DNA of 64,000 nt from an uncultured Flavobacteriales bacterium (GTDB lineage: Bacteria > Bacteroidota > Bacteroidia > Flavobacteriales > UBA7312). Every line of letters begins with the position of its first letter. The first letter of the stretch is position 1. The position numbers and the translations under genes are program-made. Of this stretch, positions 49,168 through 56,750 are shown piece after piece. The notes beneath the pieces are model-generated. The model did no database searches. It was not told the origin of the DNA and worked only from the letters and a program-made list of their open reading frames with translations. Location of the stretch: assembly GCA_913048435.1 (NCBI GenBank), contig CAJWWC010000005.1:15148-79147 (forward strand), written 5' to 3'.

Positions 49168-49175
49168 TAGCTTTG
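49168..49175 (+). promoter_or_regulatory. Bacteroidota-type -7 box TAGCTTTG (TAnnTTTG) for the SDR/RND transcript
   Basis: It matches the TAnnTTTG consensus but lies only 10 nt upstream of the ATG at 49186. That would imply a leaderless or near-leaderless mRNA. Confidence 0.4.
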
Positions 49176-49185
49176 CAAAAAAAAG

Positions 49186-49851
49186 ATGAAAATAATGTTA
49201 ATTGGTTCTTCAAGCGATATCGCTCGTAACCTAGTAGAAAACACAAATTCAGAGTTTGAATTTATAGAGCTAACTTCAACTCCAAACTCAGTTAATCAAC
49301 ATCAAATTGATGTACAAAATGAGGAAAGCTATCCTCAAATTGATGGTGAAATCAATGGAATAGTTTATTTTCCCGGCTCAATAAATCTAAGACCTTTTTC
49401 AAGTTTGAAGATGTCAGATTTTCAGACGGATTATGAAATTAATGTATTAGGTTTGATAAAAACATTGAAATATTATCATAAACAATTAGCCTCGGATTCA
49501 TCGGTTGTTCTTATCAGTTCTGTTGCAGCTTCTGTTGGAATGCCTTATCACGCCTCTATTTCGATGTGTAAGTCGGCTATTGAAGGACTTTGTCGTTCTC
49601 TAGCTGCCGAGTGGTCGCCGAAGGTTAGAGTTAATTGCATTGCACCATCTGTAGTACAAACTAAGTTATCTTCTCGTTTGTTTAGAACAGATGCTCAAGT
49701 AGAGCAAATGAATGTCCGTCATCCTTTGCAAAAGGTAGGTCAGCCCAAAAATATATCGGACGCTATTACTTTTTTATTATCTGATAAATCTTCTTGGATT
49801 ACGGGGCAGACTTTACACGTCGATGGCGGACTTTCTAGCCTAAAAAAATAA
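49186..49851 (+). CDS. Short-chain dehydrogenase/reductase, candidate sepiapterin/pteridine reductase
   Basis: Rossmann LIGSSSDIARNL and SDR core ISSVAAS...PYHASISMCKSAIEGL...IAPSVVQT. It is divergent from folE/PTPS. Function is inferred from context only. Confidence 0.6.
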   Translation: MKIMLIGSSSDIARNLVENTNSEFEFIELTSTPNSVNQHQIDVQNEESYPQIDGEINGIVYFPGSINLRPFSSLKMSDFQTDYEINVLGLIKTLKYYHKQLASDSSVVLISSVAASVGMPYHASISMCKSAIEGLCRSLAAEWSPKVRVNCIAPSVVQTKLSSRLFRTDAQVEQMNVRHPLQKVGQPKNISDAITFLLSDKSSWITGQTLHVDGGLSSLKK

Positions 49852-49853
49852 AT

Positions 49854-51929
49854 ATGTTTTTATTCATTTGGCGGTTTAAATACCTGCTATGTATTGTCAG
49901 TCTAATATTATTTGCCTTTTGTCTTAAACAACTACTTAATGCAAATATTTATTTTGATTCAGAAAGGATTATCAATGAATTAGAAGCTGCCAATGTGGAT
50001 ATAAATGTATTAGACGATAATAATTTAGTCTTTTTTGGACTTTCCTTTAAGGATAGTTTAAGTTATCAAGATATATTAGATGTTACGACTTTTCACAAAT
50101 CCTTGAAAAAGTCAGACTATGTAAAACGTGTTTTTAGTCTTGTAAATGACCGTCAAATTATAAATACGGGCTTGTTTCCAATCTCCAAAAAAGTATTGAA
50201 CGTAAGTGATAAAGAATCCTATATAAAGTCCATAAAAAAAATATATGCTAATGGAAATAACTTCATATCGTCTGATGGAAAGAAGTTACTTTTTTTGGTG
50301 GAAAATGTTTCTGGTCTAAGTAAAGATGATAGTCGAATCTTTATTAACTCTTTGTATGCAACGGATTTAAACAAAAATATGATTGAAGTGTTTGTTAGTG
50401 GCCGCTCCCCAAGTGAACTGTATTTCGAGAAGAAAGTCATTCAAGAATTTATAATACTTACTTTAGTTAGTGGATTTTTATGTTTTTTATTTTTATTGTT
50501 AATAACAAAAAATCTTAAGTTAGTTGTGATGACTGTATTTAGTGTCATTGCAAGTATAGTGGTGTGTTTAGGACTTTCTCAAGTTTTATTTGGAGGTATA
50601 GAATTGGTAATGATAATTACACCAGCAATCTTATTTATTGTTTGTCTTTCTGACATAATGCATTTAACCAACAAGCAATCTAATGTTACCTCATCTAAGG
50701 ATACATTCTTTATTGTGAGAATGGACACGGTTGGCAAGGCTGTCGCTTTGACTTCTATAACTACTGCTATGAGCTTTTTGACATTTTTAGTTAATGATAT
50801 AGTGCCTATTCTTCGTTTTGGTCTAATTACATCTATAGGCGTTGTTTTCACGCTTTTTATTGCCGTGTTGGTTTATGCCATAAGTGTAGATAAGAACTTT
50901 AACGAATCAAATCCTGTGAAACTTGTTCAACAATTTACAGATAGGCTAATACACTTTTTGAAAAATGGACAAAAGAGTAAAACATTTCATGTTTTTATGT
51001 CCGTACTTATATTTATTGGATTATTTGGAGTAGCTAATGTTCAAATAGATAATTATCTAACTGATGAAATAAATAAAAAATCAAATATGTATAAGCAAAC
51101 AGCTTTTTTTGATAGCCATTTTGGAGGAATAAAGCCTATCACTATTTTTTTAGATAAAGAAAATGTGATTGATTTAGATATCTTGTCACAAGTTGAAAAA
51201 TCCATTAATTCACTAGGTTTTGTTGTTGATTTTTCTAATACTAATACTACTTCTGTGATGTTAGAGCAACTAGGTTTCGCCGATCAATATTTGGTCAATA
51301 AATACTTTTACATATGTCGGTCTGGTGATGAGGGGTCGCTTGCAACTTTAAAAAAATTAAAATTATTAAAAAATGAATTTACAGCAAACGGTCTAGAATT
51401 TAATTATTCTGGAGCTGGATATTTGTTTGATATTCTAGGTAATGACCTAACTAGACAGCTTATCTACGGATTAATTATTGCTATTCTTTCTATTGGCTTA
51501 GTTTTCTTTTTATTGAACAGATTTGATTTCAATTATTTCATTATTGCCATAGTTCCAAATTTGACTCCTATCCTTGTTTGTGTAGGTTTATTATATTTGA
51601 ATGGCTTTTACTTTAGTTTGTCAAATGCATTCATTTTTACTGTAGTTTTCGGACTAATAATTGATGACTCTATTCACCTTATAAGTGCCTATGCAAGTGC
51701 TAGAAAAAGAAAAATATCAAAGTCAGATTCTTTAGATTTAGTCGTTACAAAAACAGGTGACGCTATTATCAAAACCACTTTAATTGTTATAATCTGTCTT
51801 TTTCCTCTTTCCTTTTCTGAGTTCAAGTCTGTTTCTCAGTTATCGGTAATTACGATATTGAGTGCTTTTATTGCTATATTCTTCGATTTGGTTTATTTAC
51901 CCTTAATAATCAAAAGGCTAACTAAGTAG
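49854..51929 (+). CDS. RND-superfamily (MMPL/HpnN-like, SSD-type) exporter
   Basis: 691 aa in two homologous halves. Each half has one TM helix, a large loop and five clustered TM helices. It starts 3 nt after the SDR stop. Confidence 0.7.
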   Translation: MFLFIWRFKYLLCIVSLILFAFCLKQLLNANIYFDSERIINELEAANVDINVLDDNNLVFFGLSFKDSLSYQDILDVTTFHKSLKKSDYVKRVFSLVNDRQIINTGLFPISKKVLNVSDKESYIKSIKKIYANGNNFISSDGKKLLFLVENVSGLSKDDSRIFINSLYATDLNKNMIEVFVSGRSPSELYFEKKVIQEFIILTLVSGFLCFLFLLLITKNLKLVVMTVFSVIASIVVCLGLSQVLFGGIELVMIITPAILFIVCLSDIMHLTNKQSNVTSSKDTFFIVRMDTVGKAVALTSITTAMSFLTFLVNDIVPILRFGLITSIGVVFTLFIAVLVYAISVDKNFNESNPVKLVQQFTDRLIHFLKNGQKSKTFHVFMSVLIFIGLFGVANVQIDNYLTDEINKKSNMYKQTAFFDSHFGGIKPITIFLDKENVIDLDILSQVEKSINSLGFVVDFSNTNTTSVMLEQLGFADQYLVNKYFYICRSGDEGSLATLKKLKLLKNEFTANGLEFNYSGAGYLFDILGNDLTRQLIYGLIIAILSIGLVFFLLNRFDFNYFIIAIVPNLTPILVCVGLLYLNGFYFSLSNAFIFTVVFGLIIDDSIHLISAYASARKRKISKSDSLDLVVTKTGDAIIKTTLIVIICLFPLSFSEFKSVSQLSVITILSAFIAIFFDLVYLPLIIKRLTK

Positions 51930-52289
51930 CCACAGGTCGTTTAGTTCGGCTTTGAAAAATGACCATAAGTTGTCGGGTAGATTATATTTTTCAAAAAAAT
52001 CGAAGTGGTCATTCTCGTGATTGAGTGAAATCTCACTGTCTTTAGTTTTTGACTGATAAAACCAATATACATCATTATCAAAAGTGCAATATTTTACGAA
52101 TTGAGGGTTATCTGGCATGATACTAGTTTCTTCTTTGGTTTCTCTTATCACAGCTAAACTTGGTTCTTCGTTGGGCTTTATTTTGCCAACAACTGGTGTC
52201 CAAATTCCGGGATAAAAAGGATTTGTCAATTTTCTTTTTAATAAAAGTACTTTATTATCTTTGAATATAAAATGGACACAATATTTCAT
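51918..52289 (-). CDS. Nudix hydrolase
   Basis: Nudix box GKIKPNEEPSLAVIRETKEETSI. The ATG at 52289 forms an ATGA overlap with the fpg-like stop. Confidence 0.8.
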   Translation of the reverse strand: MKYCVHFIFKDNKVLLLKRKLTNPFYPGIWTPVVGKIKPNEEPSLAVIRETKEETSIMPDNPQFVKYCTFDNDVYWFYQSKTKDSEISLNHENDHFDFFEKYNLPDNLWSFFKAELNDLWLLS

Positions 52290-53080
52290 TTTTGAACTTT
52301 TGGGCAATACCAACTCTTTCTCTGGTCAGAGGTTGTGCTACTTATAACTTCATTGCCATATTCATCTTTTTTCTTGCCATACACTTTAAGTTCAAATTTA
52401 GAAACGTGAAAAGGGTTTTTGAAATCTTTGAGTTCGGCACCACCACTTACATAGCTGCTTTGCATGATGTCTTTAGTAACTAGTAGTAGTTCTTTTACTT
52501 TATTGAAAGACAGTTTGCCCCATTGTTTTTCAGGGTGTAATTTGGCGGCATACAAGGCTTCAGATTTGATGTAGTTACCAACACCGGGAAAGAAACGTTG
52601 GTCCATAAGTGTTGAACAAACAGACTTACTTTGACTGACTTTTTGTTTGAGGTATTTCATGTGCTCGTCGAAGTCATAATCTTTATTAAGAAAGTCATAA
52701 GTGTTGAAATGCTTTTGTTGAATTTGATCTTTATTGAGAATTCTCATTTTCCCAAACTTTCTGACATCTCTAAAGAACAATTCTCTATCTTCAGCACTAA
52801 CTTTAAAATGACAATGTTTAATGTTATCCTCGCTCCAACCACCAGTCATGCCAAGGTGGAAATTAAAATATAGTCCATTGGAAAGGGGTAAAAAAATATT
52901 CTTTCCTATCGTAAATGTGGTTTGAAAATCTTTTGGGTGGTATTGCTTTATACATTCAAATACGTCTGCATACTTTTTTTCATAATACTCACTAAGTAAT
53001 TCAAATGTGATATTTTTTGCTCCTTCAAAAAACGAATTATAATAGGAAGATGCTATTTTAACCTCAGGTCCTTCAGGCAT
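52286..53080 (-). CDS. Fpg/Nei-family DNA glycosylase with a degenerate (zinc-less) C-terminal finger
   Basis: MPEGPEV catalytic N-terminus and H2TH region PGVGNYIKSEALY. The C-terminus VYGKKKDEYGNEVISSTTSDQRKSWYCPKVQK retains only one of the four expected Cys. Confidence 0.8.
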   Translation of the reverse strand: MPEGPEVKIASSYYNSFFEGAKNITFELLSEYYEKKYADVFECIKQYHPKDFQTTFTIGKNIFLPLSNGLYFNFHLGMTGGWSEDNIKHCHFKVSAEDRELFFRDVRKFGKMRILNKDQIQQKHFNTYDFLNKDYDFDEHMKYLKQKVSQSKSVCSTLMDQRFFPGVGNYIKSEALYAAKLHPEKQWGKLSFNKVKELLLVTKDIMQSSYVSGGAELKDFKNPFHVSKFELKVYGKKKDEYGNEVISSTTSDQRKSWYCPKVQK

Positions 53081-53634
53081 TATTTTAATATAACAATAAC
53101 TTCGTTTCTTCTATTCAAAACTTTGTAAGGCGAGTCGTAAACCAACAATTCAAATTCATCAGTATATGCGATATCGTATTTTTCAAGTGTATTAATTAAT
53201 TCTTGTTTTTTACGCTTTACCTTAGTGCTGTTGGAGTATCCTGAAAAACGAATAGCAGCTACTTTTCTTGAATCCATTTTTATTATATCTATCTCTTTGG
53301 AGTTAGGTGTGGGCAAACTCTCCATTTCATAGCGTTTTGGCATAAGGAACATCATTTCTTTATTTTTTGATGATAAACGCATATTAACAGGTGAGGTCAT
53401 GCCAATTTGTTCGTTTCTATCATTTCCACCAAATATATAATTGGCAAGTACTCTAAATTGAGAGTTATTGCCTGATTGTGAAAAGTGACTGGCATATATA
53501 AGTGCTGGATACTGTCTAATTTCAACAGAATCTATTGTTCTAATGATATTATAGTTTTCAGTTTTATTCACGCTAAAAGAAAATAGGGCATATACAGTAA
53601 GTATAGCTGTAGTTAAAAAAAGTAATTTTTTCAT
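53080..53634 (-). CDS. SOUL/heme-binding-protein family protein, exported
   Basis: Signal peptide, IEIRQYPALIYA and PV.M motifs, 184 aa. Confidence 0.65.
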   Translation of the reverse strand: MKKLLFLTTAILTVYALFSFSVNKTENYNIIRTIDSVEIRQYPALIYASHFSQSGNNSQFRVLANYIFGGNDRNEQIGMTSPVNMRLSSKNKEMMFLMPKRYEMESLPTPNSKEIDIIKMDSRKVAAIRFSGYSNSTKVKRKKQELINTLEKYDIAYTDEFELLVYDSPYKVLNRRNEVIVILK

Positions 53635-54161
53635 TATTTCAGTTTTTCAATAATTTGCTTATCTAATGGATTTACGCCACTTTTGAAATAAGCAATTAAC
53701 TCTCCGTCATCGTTGATCAAAAATTTATTGAAGTTCCATGACACCTCAAAATTATCTAATCTGTTTTGCTCTTTGTTTGTCAGCCAAGTAAAAATAGGGT
53801 GCTGATTTTTTCCTTTGACATTTACTTTTTCTGTAATAGGAAATGTAATATCAAACTTACTTTCACAAAATGTTTTTATCTCTTTCTCGCTTCCTGGCTC
53901 TTGTGACCCAAACTGATTGCAAGGGACGCCTAGCACTACCAGTTGATCAGCGTATTTCTGACTTAGCTTTTGTAAATCAGCATATTGTGAGGTATAGCCA
54001 CAATATGAGGCGACGTTTACTATTAGAATGTATTTGCCTTTGAAATCTGACATCTTAATTTCTTTGTTTTCTATAGATGGTATAGATAATTCGTAGAAAG
54101 ATTGAGAATAAGTTGAGTTCATAATAAATAATGAAAATATAATTAGAATAAAGGATCTCAT
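53634..54161 (-). CDS. Glutathione peroxidase family protein (Cys type), exported
   Basis: NVASYCGYT, LGVPCNQFGSQEP and WNFNKFLI motifs, plus a signal peptide. Confidence 0.85.
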   Translation of the reverse strand: MRSFILIIFSLFIMNSTYSQSFYELSIPSIENKEIKMSDFKGKYILIVNVASYCGYTSQYADLQKLSQKYADQLVVLGVPCNQFGSQEPGSEKEIKTFCESKFDITFPITEKVNVKGKNQHPIFTWLTNKEQNRLDNFEVSWNFNKFLINDDGELIAYFKSGVNPLDKQIIEKLK

Positions 54162-54173
54162 ATTATTGTTGTG

Positions 54174-54209
54174 TTAAAAAAAGTGAGAGAGTTTTCACTC
54201 TCTCACTTA
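54174..54209 (-). terminator. Rho-independent terminator after the blue-copper/fasciclin gene
   Basis: AGTGAGAGAG-tttt-CACTCTCTCACT. On the minus strand the hairpin is followed by a T-run (the A-run at 54175-54182 on plus). Confidence 0.75.
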
Positions 54210-54236
54210 AAAATCAAATTTACCTTGATTTACAAA

Positions 54237-55571
54237 TTACTTGCGTAGATTGTATCTTTTTATACTTGTTCCGTTAGAATAGATGTCAATTAAAATCTTT
54301 TCTTTTGAATCTCTATCGACCAATTCACCTAGTAGGTTTATGGTGTGTAAATATTCTACATCTTTTTCATTTAAAAACGTATTTGTTGTTGTAGGCTCAT
54401 CATCTGCTATTAACACAGCATTGATAACATGTACTACTCCATTGTTAGCTACAATATCTGGCTGAATGACTGTTGACATATCAATCATTACGGTACCAGC
54501 ATCTATACTCACAAGTAATACATCATCGTTCAATGTTGGTACTTCCATACCATTAGATAAGTCTGTTGATAGCACATTACCGGAGTGAACATGATGTAAA
54601 AGTATTTCTGTCAAAAGATCAATATCAGCAAGTAAGTCGTCTAATGCTCCTGCGGGTAATGCACCAAAAGCATCGTCTGTTGGTGCAAATACTGTAAATG
54701 GACCATCGCCTGAAAGTGTTTCGCCTAATTCTGCGGCATCAATTGCTGTTTCCAAAGTAGTGTGAATTGGAGATGCCTTTATAATACTATAAACAGTAGT
54801 ATCCTCTTGCCCAAAATCGGGTAATAATACTTTATCAATAACGTGTACTACTCCATTACTAGCTATTAAATCAGCTTGTGTAACTGTTGCAAGATTAATC
54901 ATTACAGTCATACCATCTATCGTTACAGTGAGTTCAGTATTATTAAGAGTTGGTACTCCCATGCCGTTTTCTAAGTCTGTAGATAACACATTTCCAGAGT
55001 GAACATGATTAAGTAAAACGTCGGATAGCTGATCGGCATTAGCTAAAATTAAATCTAGGGCTCCCTCAGCAAGGCCATCAAATGCATCATCAGATGGCGC
55101 AAAAACCGTGAATGGTCCATCACCATTTAAGGTTTCTGCCAAATTTGCAGCAATTACAGCTGTTTCTAGAGTTTGATGGCTGTCAGAATTTACAATTATA
55201 TCAACAACTGTTCCATTATTAACAACATTTATTGTACCGACCATTCCATTTTGGGCATGTAATCCAACTGAACAATCATAATTGTATGTTCCTTCGATAG
55301 TGAACACGTGCGTGTGAATTATTGCTCCAATGGAGCCTGTTGTTGGTGATTGAAAACTTTCTGGGTTGTTAAAACTTTGACCCGATAGTGAGCTAATGTT
55401 AGCATTAACGTCATGAATACCGCCATCATTAATCCATACGACAGTGTCACCAAGGTGGATTGTCAAAGATTCAGGTGAATAATAAAAACTACCTGCATTT
55501 ATTTGGTGCGTTGTTGAAAATGAATTCAGTGATATCATCGTCACAAGCAAAATTAGTATGTGTTTTTTCAT
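54237..55571 (-). CDS. Secreted type-1 (blue) copper domain + two FAS1 (fasciclin) domains + T9SS C-terminal domain
   Basis: Cupredoxin ligand pattern GGIHDV ... YDCSVGLHAQNGM (C-x4-H-x4-M). Two near-identical FAS1 repeats (GDGPFTVFAP.DDAF...NGVVHVI). CTD-like tail ...ILIDIYSNGTSIKRYNLRK. Confidence 0.75.
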   Translation of the reverse strand: MKKHILILLVTMISLNSFSTTHQINAGSFYYSPESLTIHLGDTVVWINDGGIHDVNANISSLSGQSFNNPESFQSPTTGSIGAIIHTHVFTIEGTYNYDCSVGLHAQNGMVGTINVVNNGTVVDIIVNSDSHQTLETAVIAANLAETLNGDGPFTVFAPSDDAFDGLAEGALDLILANADQLSDVLLNHVHSGNVLSTDLENGMGVPTLNNTELTVTIDGMTVMINLATVTQADLIASNGVVHVIDKVLLPDFGQEDTTVYSIIKASPIHTTLETAIDAAELGETLSGDGPFTVFAPTDDAFGALPAGALDDLLADIDLLTEILLHHVHSGNVLSTDLSNGMEVPTLNDDVLLVSIDAGTVMIDMSTVIQPDIVANNGVVHVINAVLIADDEPTTTNTFLNEKDVEYLHTINLLGELVDRDSKEKILIDIYSNGTSIKRYNLRK

Positions 55572-55596
55572 TTTAATAACAGTTTTAAATTATGCA

Positions 55597-55604
55597 CAAA
55601 TATA
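55597..55604 (-). promoter_or_regulatory. -7 box TATATTTG (minus strand) for the blue-copper/fasciclin gene
   Basis: The plus strand reads CAAATATA, about 26 nt upstream of the ATG at 55571. Confidence 0.45.
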
Positions 55605-55616
55605 CATATTTTTTAA

Positions 55617-55652
55617 TTTTGTATAGATTTTTTTGAATATTGTTATACAAAA
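55617..55652. promoter_or_regulatory. Operator copy 2: TTTTGTATAG-N16-TTATACAAAA, flanked by extra TATACA (55601-55606) and TGTATA (55653-55658) half-sites
   Basis: Read directly from the sequence. It lies between two divergent -7 boxes. Confidence 0.7.
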
Positions 55653-55656
55653 TGTA

Positions 55657-55664
55657 TATATTTG
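55657..55664 (+). promoter_or_regulatory. -7 box TATATTTG for the small-ORF/carH-like transcript
   Basis: It matches TAnnTTTG and abuts the right operator arm. Confidence 0.45.
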
Positions 55665-55711
55665 CACAATAAATAAGACTATAATGTCAAACAAACTTTA
55701 ATATTATTAAA

Positions 55712-55876
55712 ATGCCAAGAAAGAAAAAGCAGAAAATATCTATTGAAGAAATTAAGAAAAGAACTCCAAAAATCATTTTTTATACCGATAAAATGAAAAT
55801 TAATTTAAAATCGTTGAGTAGTCTTGATTTTTGGTTTGATAAGTATCCTAATGGAAAATACATAGTTAATGACTAA
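55712..55876 (+). CDS. Small basic protein (54 aa), unknown function, translationally coupled to the regulator
   Basis: Manual translation gives MPRKKKQKISIEEIKKRTPKIIFYTDKMKINLKSLSSLDFWFDKYPNGKYIVND. It is below the ORF-track size cut-off. Its stop overlaps the regulator ATG by 8 nt (AATGACTAA). A 55-codon open frame is notable in AT-rich DNA. Confidence 0.45.
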   Translation: MPRKKKQKISIEEIKKRTPKIIFYTDKMKINLKSLSSLDFWFDKYPNGKYIVND

Positions 55877-56750
55877 GTACAGTATAGATCAGTTTTCACA
55901 AATCACTGGGATAACTAAGTTTGTGTTACGAACTTGGGAAAATCGTTATGGCTTTCTCAAGGCTGAACGTACTGATACCAAAATACGTTATTATACTGAT
56001 GAATTACTTGTTCGGGCATTAAATTCTAACTATTTACTTGAAAATGGATACAAAATATCTGCAATTTCTAAGCTTGATGACCTACAAATCAAAATTAAGG
56101 TTGATGAAATCAAAAATAGTGATGATGACAACTCTGTAGAATCATACTACATAGCTAGACTAATTAGCTCTGCACTTGATTTTGATTCTAATCTTTTTAA
56201 CACAATCTATGACAATGGTGTAAAAGAACTAGGTGTGCTTGAGTTTTATAAATCAGTTTTATTAGTAACCTTTTCAAAGATTGGTATATTTTGGTTAACT
56301 AACAGGATAGCTCCTTCGCAAGAACATTTTTTATCCGAATTAGTTAAACAAAAAATAGGAGCAGCAGCTGATTTTTATTCATCTAATAACTCAACGAAAG
56401 GGGCTTGGCTTTTATTTTTGCCTGAGAATGAATTTCATGAAATTGGATTACTATTTGCTAAATTTTTGTTAATTAAAAATGGTTTTGAAGTTATTTATTT
56501 GGGATCAAACGTACCTTATGGTTCATTATTAGAATTGGCTGAAAAAAAACAAATAGATAATGTTTTATTCTTTTCTGTTTCTAATACATCAAAAAGTAAC
56601 TTAGACTTTACTATCAATTATCTAAACAAGTCGTTTCCGACTGCCAAACATTTTTTGGTTGCAAATAGCCTTGATATCAATTTTCTTACCAAAGAACATG
56701 ATATTACAATTCTTGAAAATCTTGACAGTTTTATTGATATTATTTCATAG
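55869..56750 (+). CDS. CarH/LitR-type MerR-family regulator with an adenosylcobalamin-binding photoreceptor domain
   Basis: MerR HTH (YSIDQFSQITGITKFVLRTWENRYG). W-x9-EH motif (FWLTNRIAPSQEH). B12 motif ExHxxG (ENEFHEIG) followed by VIYLGSNVP. Confidence 0.8.
   Translation: MTKYSIDQFSQITGITKFVLRTWENRYGFLKAERTDTKIRYYTDELLVRALNSNYLLENGYKISAISKLDDLQIKIKVDEIKNSDDDNSVESYYIARLISSALDFDSNLFNTIYDNGVKELGVLEFYKSVLLVTFSKIGIFWLTNRIAPSQEHFLSELVKQKIGAAADFYSSNNSTKGAWLLFLPENEFHEIGLLFAKFLLIKNGFEVIYLGSNVPYGSLLELAEKKQIDNVLFFSVSNTSKSNLDFTINYLNKSFPTAKHFLVANSLDINFLTKEHDITILENLDSFIDIIS

Noticed and set aside
54215-54222. CAAATTTA (minus-strand TAAATTTG -7 box) as the promoter for the gpx operon
   Set aside because: It lies upstream of the strong terminator hairpin at 54182-54207, so a transcript starting there would be terminated at once. 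The gpx operon promoter remains unidentified.
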